A stretch of DNA of 64,000 bases, from assembly GCF_964355755.1 (NCBI RefSeq), contig NC_092678.1, positions 1,008,422 through 1,072,421 on the forward strand, written 5' to 3'. Below the pieces are notes generated by a model that ran no database searches, was not told the origin of the DNA, and worked only from the letters and a program-made list of their open reading frames with translations. Shown piece after piece: positions 40,245-52,864 of this stretch. Position 1 is the first letter of the stretch. Every line of letters starts with the position of its first letter. The position numbers and the translations under genes are program-made. This stretch comes from Antedon mediterranea. Taxonomy: Eukaryota > Animalia > Echinodermata.

Positions 40245-40658
40245 CTTAATTTTCTAAAGAAACAATTATTATGCTATTTATATTGAGATTGTTGCCATTT
40301 GCTTTGATAATTTTTCTTCAAAACATAAGCAATTAACTGTCGAAGTCACAGACTTTCTGTGCTTCTTCGTCGTTATTTGTTGTTATGGCAATCTAAAACG
40401 GAAATATACAAGAATGATGGGATAGAATTTGACCTTACATATAAAATCCAAACTTTCAATTGGCTGATATTGACACAAGTGGCGCTGCTTAGCAACCTAC
40501 GTCATAAAACATCACACACTGAGTTTTTGATCGCGAAAAGACGAAAGAAGGGCTCAATTTTAAGTTTTGCATATGCCTACTATTTTCACACAATTTAAAC
40601 CTGAATGCTTTATTCTGACTAAATATACGTTAGATCGTATATCCTTGGTACCTTTTTG
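40245..40658. promoter_or_regulatory. Putative bidirectional promoter with the 5' UTR exons of DNAH12-like (minus) and IQUB (plus)
   Basis: Minus-strand donor AAG|GTGAGT at 40244 and plus-strand donor TTG|GTAAGT at 40659. X-box-like GTTGTTATGGCAAT (40379-40392) and GCTGCTTAGCAAC (40484-40496), reverse CCAAT (ATTGG ~40459) and ACGTCA (~40499). Confidence 0.65.
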
Positions 40659-41010
40659 GTAAGTTAATGTCTCAAAACATGAATATTAACTTCTTAAAAT
40701 AGCACTATGAGCGGTAGACGAGCTAGGCCTACCCTAGCCTATAATAATAATATATTAAATATAGTTTGTTTAGGCTAGCATGGCATCATGATCATGTTTG
40801 TTGTAGCCTATATGGCTATATTATACGCCCAGCACCAGCAGTGAACCACCACCTTTAAAGCCCAGCCAAAGTTAAGCCACTAAATAGACTTAAAAGTTGC
40901 TCTGCTGTAAACCATTATTAAGCATTGCCATGGTGTTAATATTGAATAACCTGTACTCAACTGACTGTTTTTTATTTTCATTTATTATTTCGTATAAACA
41001 AGGTTGTGAA

Positions 41011-44000
41011 ATGTCGGAGCAAGAGGATATGGTAAATGAGATTGATGAAAAGAACAACGAAAATTCCCCAGAAGAAAATGATGATAGTAAAGAAGAACCA
41101 GCAGTAGAGATTCCCAAACCAGAAGATGAAGAAACTAAAAACAACAATATTTCTGATGAAAAAGTTGACGATAAATCAGAAAAAGATGACGAAAAACCTA
41201 ACACAGCAGAAGAAAAAACAGAAATTAATAATGCCAATCAGAAAGATGCCACGAGGGATGAAGAAGAAAAAAATGACAAAGAAACAAGTGGAGAGAATGC
41301 AGAAAATGGAGCATTAGAAGAAAATGTACCAGAAGTAAAAGAAGATGAAACAAGACAACAGATTAACGCTGAAAAGGTGACGATTGAAACGACGGGGATG
41401 AGTACAGAAGTTACAAACGAAGAACATGAAACTGATCCTCACGCAGCTTCGCCGCAACCTCCAGTCATCAATGCAACTGCTACTGGTGAGTACAAGTATT
41501 CAATTGTTCAATATACAATTGAAAGAAAAGAGAAGAAATAGACTTTTAAAGCAGTAAATGTTTCAGGAAGAAAATGTTCGCGATAAACTAATTGTATTTA
41601 AAACTTTCCTTATTTTTTTCAGTGAAATTTGTGTTGATGCCAAGCGGTCAAGTCCACACAATGGCTTGCGCCCTCAACCAGACTATGTTTGATCTGAAAG
41701 TTCATTTTGCTACAGAGCTGAGAATGACAAGTGATACAATAGTGTTTATGTACGATGGGAATGGGGTTGATAATAACGTGACCTTAGCTGACCTTGGTGT
41801 AGGTCCTAATGGCGCTGTTCAAATGGAGATCTCGTCCTCTGACCCTGTCAATAATCCATTAAAACAACTTAAACCCAAACCAGAGTACATTATGCCAGAT
41901 GTGATAACAGTGAAGGTACTCAGAGGTAAGCCAAAGTATTCAACAAACTTGGCCAACAACCAGTCATAATAATGCCAATGCTTGTAGTTTATTAAATTAA
42001 TAATAATTATTATAAATAATTATTGAAACTACACCTTACAAAACATGTTTAAAATAAGCAAGAGTTAAATCAAAATAAAGTAAAACATCCAGAAAAAAAA
42101 AAGCCAAGCATATTCCTTTGTGAGGGCTATACAAAATTTGACTTATTGTATTCCTTTGCAGATAGTGGAGAATTTGAAGATGTAGTTGTTGAAATTGAGC
42201 GCTCAGTGCATCGTAAACCGTTCATTGGAGGTTATCGCCATCGTTTGAACGGCATAGAATACCACCATGCTGCTGCGCAAACAAGGCCAAAAGTCAAACC
42301 CGATAATGGAATCGAGAAATTTTGTCGTGACACGCAAACAGTTCGTGAGAAGAACCAACGACAACAGACACACATTGATACTTCAACACAGATGACAGGA
42401 ATTGGTTGTTACGTATCAAATATGACGGACAAGTTACTGGTGCCTGGAAAGTATCAGACGGCCGATGAATATCATGAAATAATTCTGATGAAAGTCAGTA
42501 TCCAATTTATAAATACTTTTAATGTATCTCTCAAAATAAATTTTTTTTAAACAAAAATAATCTATAAGTTAGTGTTTATTAGTAGATATTTTATTCAATC
42601 AAAAACATTAACATAGGTTGAACATCAAACATAGGTTGAACATTAAATTTATAAAGAACAGATCAGTTGAGATAGGAGTAACTTGCCCCAGCTATATTTG
42701 TAAACCAAACTTTGTTATGTGCTATTTAGGTGATTATACTGCAGTCGTACTTCAGACGATGGCAAGCTAAACGTATTGTGGCCAGCTTGAAGATTGACCT
42801 CGCTAAACGTCTTGATTGGGAACGAATGGAGGAAATTAGAAAAATAAAAGAAAAGGAGGATAGAATTCGAAAGGAGTTTGAACGGAGGATGAACCCAAAA
42901 TCCAAAGAGGACTTTGATCTTCTCTATCATGCATTGGAAAGTAAGTGTTTTGTGGCATTGTTGTGACACTGAAATTTGATGCAAATCCGAAACTTGACTT
43001 TCAAAAAGTATGATTTAGCATCCAGGTATATATATATATAAATATAAGAAATAATCTTATTTTATTTTCAAGAATGGAGAAAGGAAGAATTAGCAGCTAT
43101 CGATACATCCATGGAAGGTGCTAGACGCAAGGCCGCCCTCTGTCATCTACTTGACCAAGAGACGCAGTTGCTCGCATCCATAGGACGACATAAATTGGAT
43201 GCTAGTGCTGATAACAAACAACAGGAAATCCAGAAGTTTTTAGATACGGTATGTAACTATAGCTTTAAAATTTTAGAAATTTCAACACTGCAATTTTTTT
43301 TTTGTCTGTATACCATTTTGATGTTTTTATATTTTACTGAAATGTGTTTTATATAAGTGTTTTAACCTAATATATTTTTATACTCAATACTTTTTTTCGT
43401 TCCAACAGGCTGCAGGGCCAAAACGATGGAAAGCTTATGATGGGAAGTATACAGAAATGGACACAGCATACACGATCCGCGCCAAGGAATTACGCGACAT
43501 CTACAACAGCCTCACCATGAGGTATCTAACGCAGGATGAGCGCCTTGATGTACTACTAACACTTAAACATACTGTGAAGGAACACGATTGTAAACTTACG
43601 CAAGAAATTATAGAATTGATAGATCGTGAAGCCGACTTACTGATGAGGGGAGTGAAAGAAGGCAATTTAGATGGACTTAGAAAACGTATTTCAACACTGT
43701 TCTTACAGTACATTAAGACACCAACTTTCAATCCTGAAGCAGCAAGACTTCTTAAGGTAAGCCAGGGATGGGTTAAAGGGCTGTTCACACCTGCTCCGAT
43801 TCCAGCTAATGCTGTACGTACCATATGACCTGAGCTGGAGCATGTGTGAAAGGTCATTGGAAGTGACAATTGTGTGTAATTAGTTTGACATCATGTGTCT
43901 ACTTTTTTATTATTTGTTGGACTACAGAATTAGGAGTCAACGTTAGGTTTAGAAATAGTTATCTTATATTTAGTTATAGTTATAGTAAACTTCATACGAT

Positions 44001-45124
44001 GTTTTACAGTTATATTTAAAAAAAGAAAACTAACCTCTTCACCATTCTCCATTTCTTTTTTTATTACAAAACAACAAATATACTTTAAATTTAGGGTAAT
44101 TCGCTTGTCTTTTTAGGTTCCTCAAGATCCATCAACATTGCGCAAGAACATCTATTTCTGTACGAGCTGCAACAGCTACCTTCCTTCCACAGAGTTTCTT
44201 CTATCCTCCAACTCCAAGATCGTTGGCAAATGTCGGCGCTGTAAAAAAATCGACAACGACGGTAGACTACGACAGGACTTCAGTAATTATCACTTCATGC
44301 TCAAGTCCTTACGCAAAGCAGAGGAGGCCATTGGAGATGGCTCAAGAATACCATTCCTCTTACAGGTTAGAATACATAGTAATAATTAACTTTTTATTTA
44401 AGTGGTGTAACGCAGAGGCCTGAGGCCCCTGGTTTAGAAACCCCAAGTGCCCTCCAACCCTGGCGTTTTTAGCCTTTTTCTACATATTTTATTTCCTTTT
44501 TTTTTTCTCTGGGCACTGCTCTGGGGTTTAGCCAGTGAGAGCTCATAGCTGTTACGCAACTGACTTGTTTGTGTGATTTGAAAAAAAGAAAATAAAAATA
44601 CCACCAATATTTCACTGACTTTATTTCACAGGAAACCGATCTGCGATACTTGGTGGAGAATATTTGGAATAGTCAGAGTACCCTCAGCGCTTGGAATGAC
44701 CTGTTTGACCTCGCTTTGGTCAGGTGGGACCAACATGAGCACTGGTCACCGTGGAATTGTATTTTACTGACCAAAGATGAAGCAAAGGCACATTTTAAAA
44801 TTGAAGACTTGGAAACCGTGAGTTTCAAATATATTTTATAGTTACACATGTATATGGTATTCAAAATGTTTTGTTGTGTTTATAAAAAGTACTACAGATT
44901 TCGATTTTAAACAAGTTTATTTTAGCAACTTTACAATTTACATTAAATATTTTGTTTAGGGTTATGGACACGTTTTCTGCCACAAGATAAAGACGAAGCA
45001 CACCCTCGCTAAAAACTATTTCTCAAGACTTCCGGGCATGTCCGAACACATACATATGAAAAAGGAATCGACCAATCACAGACAGACAATTCAATCCAAA
45101 CCGTTAACCATCTCGCAAGCATGA
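41011..45124 (+). CDS. IQUB: IQ motif and ubiquitin-like domain-containing protein (radial spoke component)
   Basis: Exons 41011-41485, 41623-41925, 42162-42493, 42730-42940, 43073-43248, 43409-43756, 44117-44365, 44632-44817, 44960-45124, all GT-AG. Acidic N-terminus, ubiquitin-like exon 2, [21 protein letters not shown]-like [14 protein letters not shown]-x2-C...C-x2-[15 protein letters not shown]; AATAAA at 45155-45160. Confidence 0.92.
44401..44562. mobile_element. hAT-like MITE family B, copy 1
   Basis: Termini AGTGGTGTAACG ... GTTACGCAACTG; homologous throughout to 53366-53537. Confidence 0.65.
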
Positions 45125-46262
45125 TTACAGTGTAAACAGTACTTTATTTCTTGTAATAAATACTTTATTTGGTGATTAGTATGTTTTCTTACTTTACTTC
45201 AATTAAGTACATTACTTAAAATCATCAAAGCTGGTTTTCTTATCCCTGATAACCTGCAGCATTAAGTACCACTACCACATAAAACATAAATATGTGCTCT
45301 CTTTTAATATTAACATTTTTGTGATCCCAACTTTTGTTATTTACAGCAAATTTACAGGAACCTGCCCACCGCCCTTAACCTTTTTACAATTACGATACAA
45401 AGGATAGACATTTTACTGCTTTTTTAAAACCCTGGAACCGCCACTAGTACTGTACATGGCTGTCAAATAATATCTTTTTGATAGCCAATATGTAGCTACC
45501 TGGCTGGAAACGCTCATTTTTAAAAGTGATAATACTTGGTTTCGGGAGTAAATGTCCAATTAAAACTACTGTATCAGTAAATAAGTTTATATTACTTTAA
45601 AAGCAGTAAAATCTAAGCGTTGTTTATAGTGTATATTAGTTAGTTACAAAAGCTAAAATACTGTTATAATAAACATAGTTTTAAAATGTTACTAGTGTGT
45701 TTTTTTTTTTACATATAAATTGCAAACTACCATTTTGGATTATGATTTCGGATATGAAAACAATTTAATCGGATAATCGCACAACATTTATGTACAATAA
45801 AAGTTTAAATATTGTTTTTAACAATACAGTCGTAAGACAAGACAATAATTTACACACCCCTTCACAGACATCGCTCGCCACGGAGATACAGCTGAAGTGG
45901 TATTTGTCGCAGCCAGACATAAGATCAAAGGACTGTTACAAGTTCCTATCTTGGCAAGACAAGCTCTGTGTCCTGTTATTAGATTGCCTTGGTATAGATC
46001 AGGTAGATTGGTACTTTGTGGTTTTTGCGGATTGCTTTACACATCAAGGGATGATTATCAAAACAATCAACGCTCAACGCCACACACCAGAAAATAAAGA
46101 TACATATCCAGTTTGGTTTTTAGAAGGTACTATGGAAAATGGGTGAAGTAGTTGGTAGAGAGTTACTACACCATCTGTTGGTGGCCCCTCTACCATCACC
46201 ATGAGGAGGATATAATTACCCTGAATCCTGAAGGAATAGATTCCTTTAGGAATGTGTACTTC

Positions 46263-49200
46263 TCAAACACCCATGGAATTACAAAAACTATTTGTACTCA
46301 TGGAGTTGAAACCAGATGAGTCCGTCCTCATACTCTCCTTTTCTATTTTGTCCAATGGCATATACAAATTAGAAAGCTGACTGAACTGCTGTTGTTGGTA
46401 TTCTTCTTCCGTCTGTTCAATGATATCAAGTTGACAACCACTGCTAACCACGTTGTTAGCATTACTTTTCCAAAACCAATTTTTATCTGTTTCAATTAGT
46501 TGTTCCATTTTCTCGATGTCCTTCAAAAATGTTTGTCCCTCTGCTGTTTTCAGTTGGTCAATGGGATTAAAATCATGGAACCAACCGTTCTCTTCCCTGG
46601 CCGTGTCATGAAGGCGAAAAAACAACCTGGTGAGATCGTTATTAAGGTGGAAAACAACCAGATGTTTCAAAGGATCAGGAATACATTTTTTATTTGTATA
46701 TTCAAAGAGACAAAGCAAACATTTTGCGTGCATTTCTTTATCGCCAGAAAGTATCTGCAACGCGTGAATGAATATATCGTTGTACGCTGAATGCTTTACC
46801 GAAAAAGTATCTCCTTCGTGCACGTGATCGTCCCATGCAGTGGAGGCGCCGTACGACGAAATAAATAGAATCTTTTTCGCATCTCTCATCTCCTTCGAAA
46901 TCCAAGACATTAAGGAAATGATGTTTGGCGTTTTCCAATTGTGAATGGTCACGTCGACTCCGCAGTGCGCTTGCAGAAACGTTGCAAATGACAGCACAAC
47001 GTTTTTGTGCTGGGGCGCATCTTCAAAATAGAGGATTAGCAGTTTAACCCGTTGCATATCTACACTTTCCTCTGCAACTTAAATATAAAATAATTCTGTT
47101 TATTTTTTATGTCCAGTTAATGTTCTAAGATTTGATTTCACGCAGCCGGAGACAAACACAATTATTGGAAGGAAATTTTCTTCTGTGCGTCACTAGTGGG
47201 AACCAAGCTTTACATGCGCTACACAAGAACGATCTATTATTAGGTTACATAATGTGTGTGTTGCTAGTGAGAACCAAGCTTTACATGCGCTACACAAGAA
47301 CGATCTATTATTAGGTTACATAATGTGTGTGTTGCTAGTGAGAACCAAGCTTTACATGCGCTACACAAGAACGATCTATTATTAGGTTACATAATGTGTG
47401 TGTTGCTAGTGAGAACCAAGCTTTACATGCGCTACACAAGAACGATCTATTATTAGGTTACATAATGTGTGTGTTGCTAGTGGGAACCAAGCTTTACATG
47501 CGCTACACAAGAACGATCTATTATTAGGTTACATAATGTGTGTGTTGTAATGAAAGTAACATATTACCTGTATTTGAAGCAATCCTTGGCCAGGATTTGT
47601 ATGCATATTTTTTAGATGATGTTGATTGGTTTATTCGTCGATACAGGCAACCAATGACGATAAGAAGCACAATACCAAAAGACAGTCCACCTAAGATTGC
47701 TATCGTGTATTCATGTTTAGGTTCTAAAAGAATAATAAAACAAATGACAGGTGGATTCCACATTCGCCACTAAAAGTATAAAGAAAATAGGATGGATGAT
47801 TTCAATAGGCACGACCTTTGTGGAAGGCTATTAAAGATATTAATAAACATATGAAGAATATATCAACACTGGTTTATTTTTACACAAAATACAACCAAAT
47901 GAATTACTAAATTACGAAAAAAAGTACTATTGAACGACCGTTCAATAAGTACGTATTATTGTACGCCATGTGACCAACAATCATCCACTCAAATTTATTT
48001 AGGTGTTATATAATATACAATATATCAACACACTGCAAGTTAATTTTTTTTTTAAATACAACCGATTACTATAATGACATCGTATTGCAATGTTAGACAG
48101 CTCAATTGGTGGATGTGGTTACGTTGTGGCTTGAAAATACTAACCTTGAACAACATCAACAAAAAATGAACACTCCGCTTCATTTCCATTGACATCCACT
48201 GCAGTATAAGTTACTAGGCTGATGCCTACTTTGAAGTTACTGCCAGGAAAGTGAGTTGTAGTAACGTTTTCTATGCCAACATTGTCAGTGGCAGTTGGTG
48301 CTATCCAGCTCACTATGGTTTGTTGCTTATTAGCAGGAATCACCTTAGTGACACGTTCTTTACAGCTATCAAATATCGGGGCGACAGTATCTTGAAAATA
48401 AAATTAGAGTAAATGAAAACACAACTTATTTGCAATCTTTAATAAATAAAATTAATTTTGATTAAGATTAAATTTTAAATATTTTCTCTGACCTTAATAG
48501 TTATTAGAACGTTTAATTGTGATGGGATATGACCCAAATGAGTGATATTTATTTAATTTTAATTAATTAGAACTTACCAAGGCAGGTGCCATCAACTTCT
48601 TCATAATTATCATCACATGTACAATTATATATTTGTGTATAATTCACCGCATTGCAGATACCACTTCCACATGGGTTTGAAGCACATGGTGAATCTACAG
48701 CAAAATCACAATCAGTTATTAATTCATTGGATTTCATCTCAATCTCATCTCAATACTGTTTAATGTACGCACAGTAGTTAGTTAGTGTGGAAACAAACTT
48801 TGAATGAATATTGAGGGTGGAACATGCAAAAGGTTATTTACAGTCTGGCCTCATACAGCAATACAAAGATCTGCAGTGCATGGACGTCAAGTACTTGCTA
48901 TTGATTATGAAAGCGTGGTTCCCACTAGAGATCCAACACAAGGACGTACGCGCAACACAAGCGAGTTGACCAATCACAAGCAACTGTTCAAATAATGCAT
49001 CGCTTGTGACTTATGTTGTTACCACCACCGTACACAACACATACATCAATTAAAGTTCATTGATTAATCTTACCACCACCATACACAACACATACATCAA
49101 TTAAAGTCCATTGCTTAGGCTTACCACCACCGTACACAACACATACATCAATTAAAGTTCATTGATTAGTCTTACCACCACCGTACACAACACATACATC

Positions 49201-52200
49201 AATTAAAGTCCATTGGTTAGTCTTACCACCACCGAACACAACACATAAATCAATTAAAGTCCATTGATTAGTCTTACCACCACCGTACACAACACATACA
49301 TCAATTAAAGTCCATTGCTTAGTCTTACCACCACCGTACACAACACATACATCAATTAAAGTCCATTGCTTAGGCTTACCACCACCGTACACAACACATA
49401 CATCAATTAAAGTCCATTGATTAGTCTTACCACCACCGTACACAACACATACATCAATTAAAGTCCATTGATTAGTCTTACCACCACCGTACACAACACA
49501 TACATCAATTAAAGTACACTGATTAGTCTTACCACCACCGTACATAACACATACATCAATTAAAGTACATTGATTAGTCTTACCACCACCGTACACAACA
49601 CATACATCAATTAAAGTACATTGATTAGTCTTACCACCACCGTACACAACACATACATCAATTAAAGTCCATTGATTAGTCTTACCACCACCGTACACAA
49701 CACATACATCAATTAAAGTTCATTGATTAGTCTTACCACCACCGTACACAGCACATACATCAATTAAAGTTCATTGATTAGTCTTACCACCACCATACAC
49801 AACACATACATCAATTAAAGTTCATTGATTAGTCTTACCACCACCGTACACAACACATACATCAATTAAAGTTCATTGATTAGTCTTACCACCACCGTAC
49901 ACAACACATACATCAATTAAAGTCCATTGATTAGTCTTACCACCACCGTACACAGCACATACATCAATTAAAGTCCATTGGTTAGTCTTACCACCACCGT
50001 ACACAACACATACATCAATTAAAGTCCATTGATTAGTCTTACCACCACCGTACACAACACATACATCAATTAAAGTTCATTGATTAGTCTTACCACCACC
50101 ATACACAACACATACATCAATTAAAGTCCATTGATTAGTCTTACCACCACCGTACACAACACATACATCAATTAAAGTACATTGATTAGTCTTACCACCA
50201 CCGTACACAACACATACATCAATTAAAGTTCATTGGTTAGTCTTACCACCACCGTACACAACACATACATCAATTAAAGTTCATTGATTAGTCTTACCAC
50301 CACCGTACACAACACATACATCAATTAAAGTACACTGATTAGTCTTACCACCACCGTACATAACACATACATCAATTAAAGTTCATTGATTAGTCTTACC
50401 ACCACCGTACACAACACATACATCAATTAAAGTACATTGATTAGTCTTACCACCACCGTACACAACACATACATCAATTAAAGTTCATTGATTAGTCTTA
50501 CCACCACCATACACAACACATACATCAATTAAAGTCCATTGATTAGTCTTACCACCACCGTACACAACACATACATCAATTAAAGTACATTGATTAGTCT
50601 TACCACCACCGTACACAACACATACATCAATTAAAGTTCATTGGTTAGTCTTACCACCACCGTACATAACACATACATCAAATAAAGTCCATTGATTAGT
50701 CTTACCCGCCACCACCATCATATGAAACACATTCTTACAATACCTGTCACATTAAAACTTAGTCTGTCATATCCAATACCATAATTAACACTTTCGTGAC
50801 CTGTTATCTAATGAAACACAAAAAAAACACAATTCATGCACATTGCAGATATAGATACAAAGAGCTAGAAATGGAAGAGCATTACCATGAACTTGTACTT
50901 TAGGAGATAGTGTGTCCCTCGCACCATCACGATTACCTTTCAACTATGAAAGAAAATGATCTATGAATATTCATGAAGGTTCATGCATATTAATGAGTGA
51001 ACATGACACTGAGGAGACAGATCCAAGATTTTCAAACACTAAAAATTACACAAACCAGAAATGGTGTTGATAGTCTGCCGCTTACCTGGATAAACCCGAC
51101 ATAAGCCCTTTTCCACGCAATTGTTTCGCACTTCGTGGAAAAGGGCTTATGTTGGGTTTATCCAGGTAAGCAGGCACGATATAGACAATAAGATTAATAG
51201 TTGTCAAAAGCATTATTTTCATTTTCTAAAGAGAATATTGTGTCGATCCAGCCAGGATGTGCCCTGGATGCACCCTGGATGTGCCCTGGATGCACCCTGG
51301 ATGCACCTTGGATGCACCCTGGACGCACCTTGGATGTGCCCTGGATGAACCCTGGATGAACCCTGGATGCACCCTGGATGTGTCCTGGATGCACCCTGGA
51401 TGTGCCCTGGATGCACCCTGGATGTGCCCTGAATGAACTCTGGATGTGCCCTGGATGCACCCTGGATGTGTCCTGGATAAACCCTGGATGTGCCCTGGAT
51501 GAACCCTAGATGAACCCTGGATGTGCCCTGGATGAACCCTGGATGTGCCCACCCTGGATGTGCCCTGGATGTGCCCTGGATGAACCCTGGATGTGCCCCA
51601 TTGACAGAGTGCTGAATAGAGAGTACACTATTTGTAATGTAATTGCTCAGATCTTAAACACAACCCCTTTTAGTTCTTCCGTTAAAAAAATGATTACAAC
51701 ATAAATAAAACATTTGAAATAATGTGATTCGGATGTAATGTAAACTAAACCTTCAGAATGAAATTGATAAAATGAAATTGATAATCTAAATAAAGAAGGA
51801 TGTTCAATGCCATGTGATTAATAAAAACATGTTTGTTACAGTATGTAGGTACATTTATTACATAGGTCATGGGCAGCCTATTAGAGGCTATTTATTTAAT
51901 GAGCATCTTAGAGAGATTAAACCAAGATTTAAATTAGTCTAATATCTACGGTAAAACCAAGTCATGCACACAACATTATGGTATGTTAAGGCATTACAAT
52001 ATAAAAAGTGTGTATACCTAAAACCACAAACTTGGGAAATGGTGTGCTACGACAAGCACCATTGCAAACACTTAAATCAGACGATGGCTGCATCTGTATT
52101 TTAGGAAAATGTTCAAATAAATCAGTGTTTTCAAGTAAATAACTGTTTTGTTTTAATATTTTGTGAATACTGTATATGTTTTATTGATAATTCATTTATT

Positions 52201-52801
52201 TTTCATTGAAACAAATCCAGTCAAAACATTGTTATTATGTTACTGCTTTTGGAATCAACAAAACCAAATGAGTGAAAAAACATTACAAAAGAAATCAACA
52301 AAATAGTGTGTAGAACTAGTTTTTACTAATTATCCTGAATTAATATATTACTTGATACTAAATGAATTCCATCTATTAACATTGTAGTTTTACATTTTTT
52401 AAACTATTTATTTAATGGTATAATGTTCCAAATATGTATATAGACAAGATTAATTAATTATTAAAATATCAAACAGAAAGAGAAGGTTGTTAGTTCAGTA
52501 TGGTGAGATACTACACAGCCGCGGCCTGTGAGGTTGCCTCAATCTCGGTCTACCTGAACCTCCCACAAGGTCCCAGGAGGCCTAGCTTTTTACAATGTAC
52601 AAAGACATTGATATATTTATTAACAGATTCACATAAAATTGAGCTCAAGAGGGAAAAAAGATATCCTCACACCAACATTTCGTAAATTAGATATTTTATA
52701 GGAAGTTATGAGAAAACTATAAAAACAGTCAATTAATATGTGAGGTCAAATGTTGATTATGTTTCTGGTATTAAAATAAATATTTTATGAATATTGTTTT
52801 A

Positions 52802-52864
<63 letters not shown>

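Noticed and set aside
45790-46146. 118-aa plus-strand ORF between IQUB and the receptor
   Set aside because: It has no recognisable motif and is antisense to the probable receptor 3' UTR.
49019-50706. Regular arrays here and at 5187, 14246 and 56270 as possible CRISPR arrays
   Set aside because: There are no unique spacers and no cas genes, and the context is eukaryotic and intronic.
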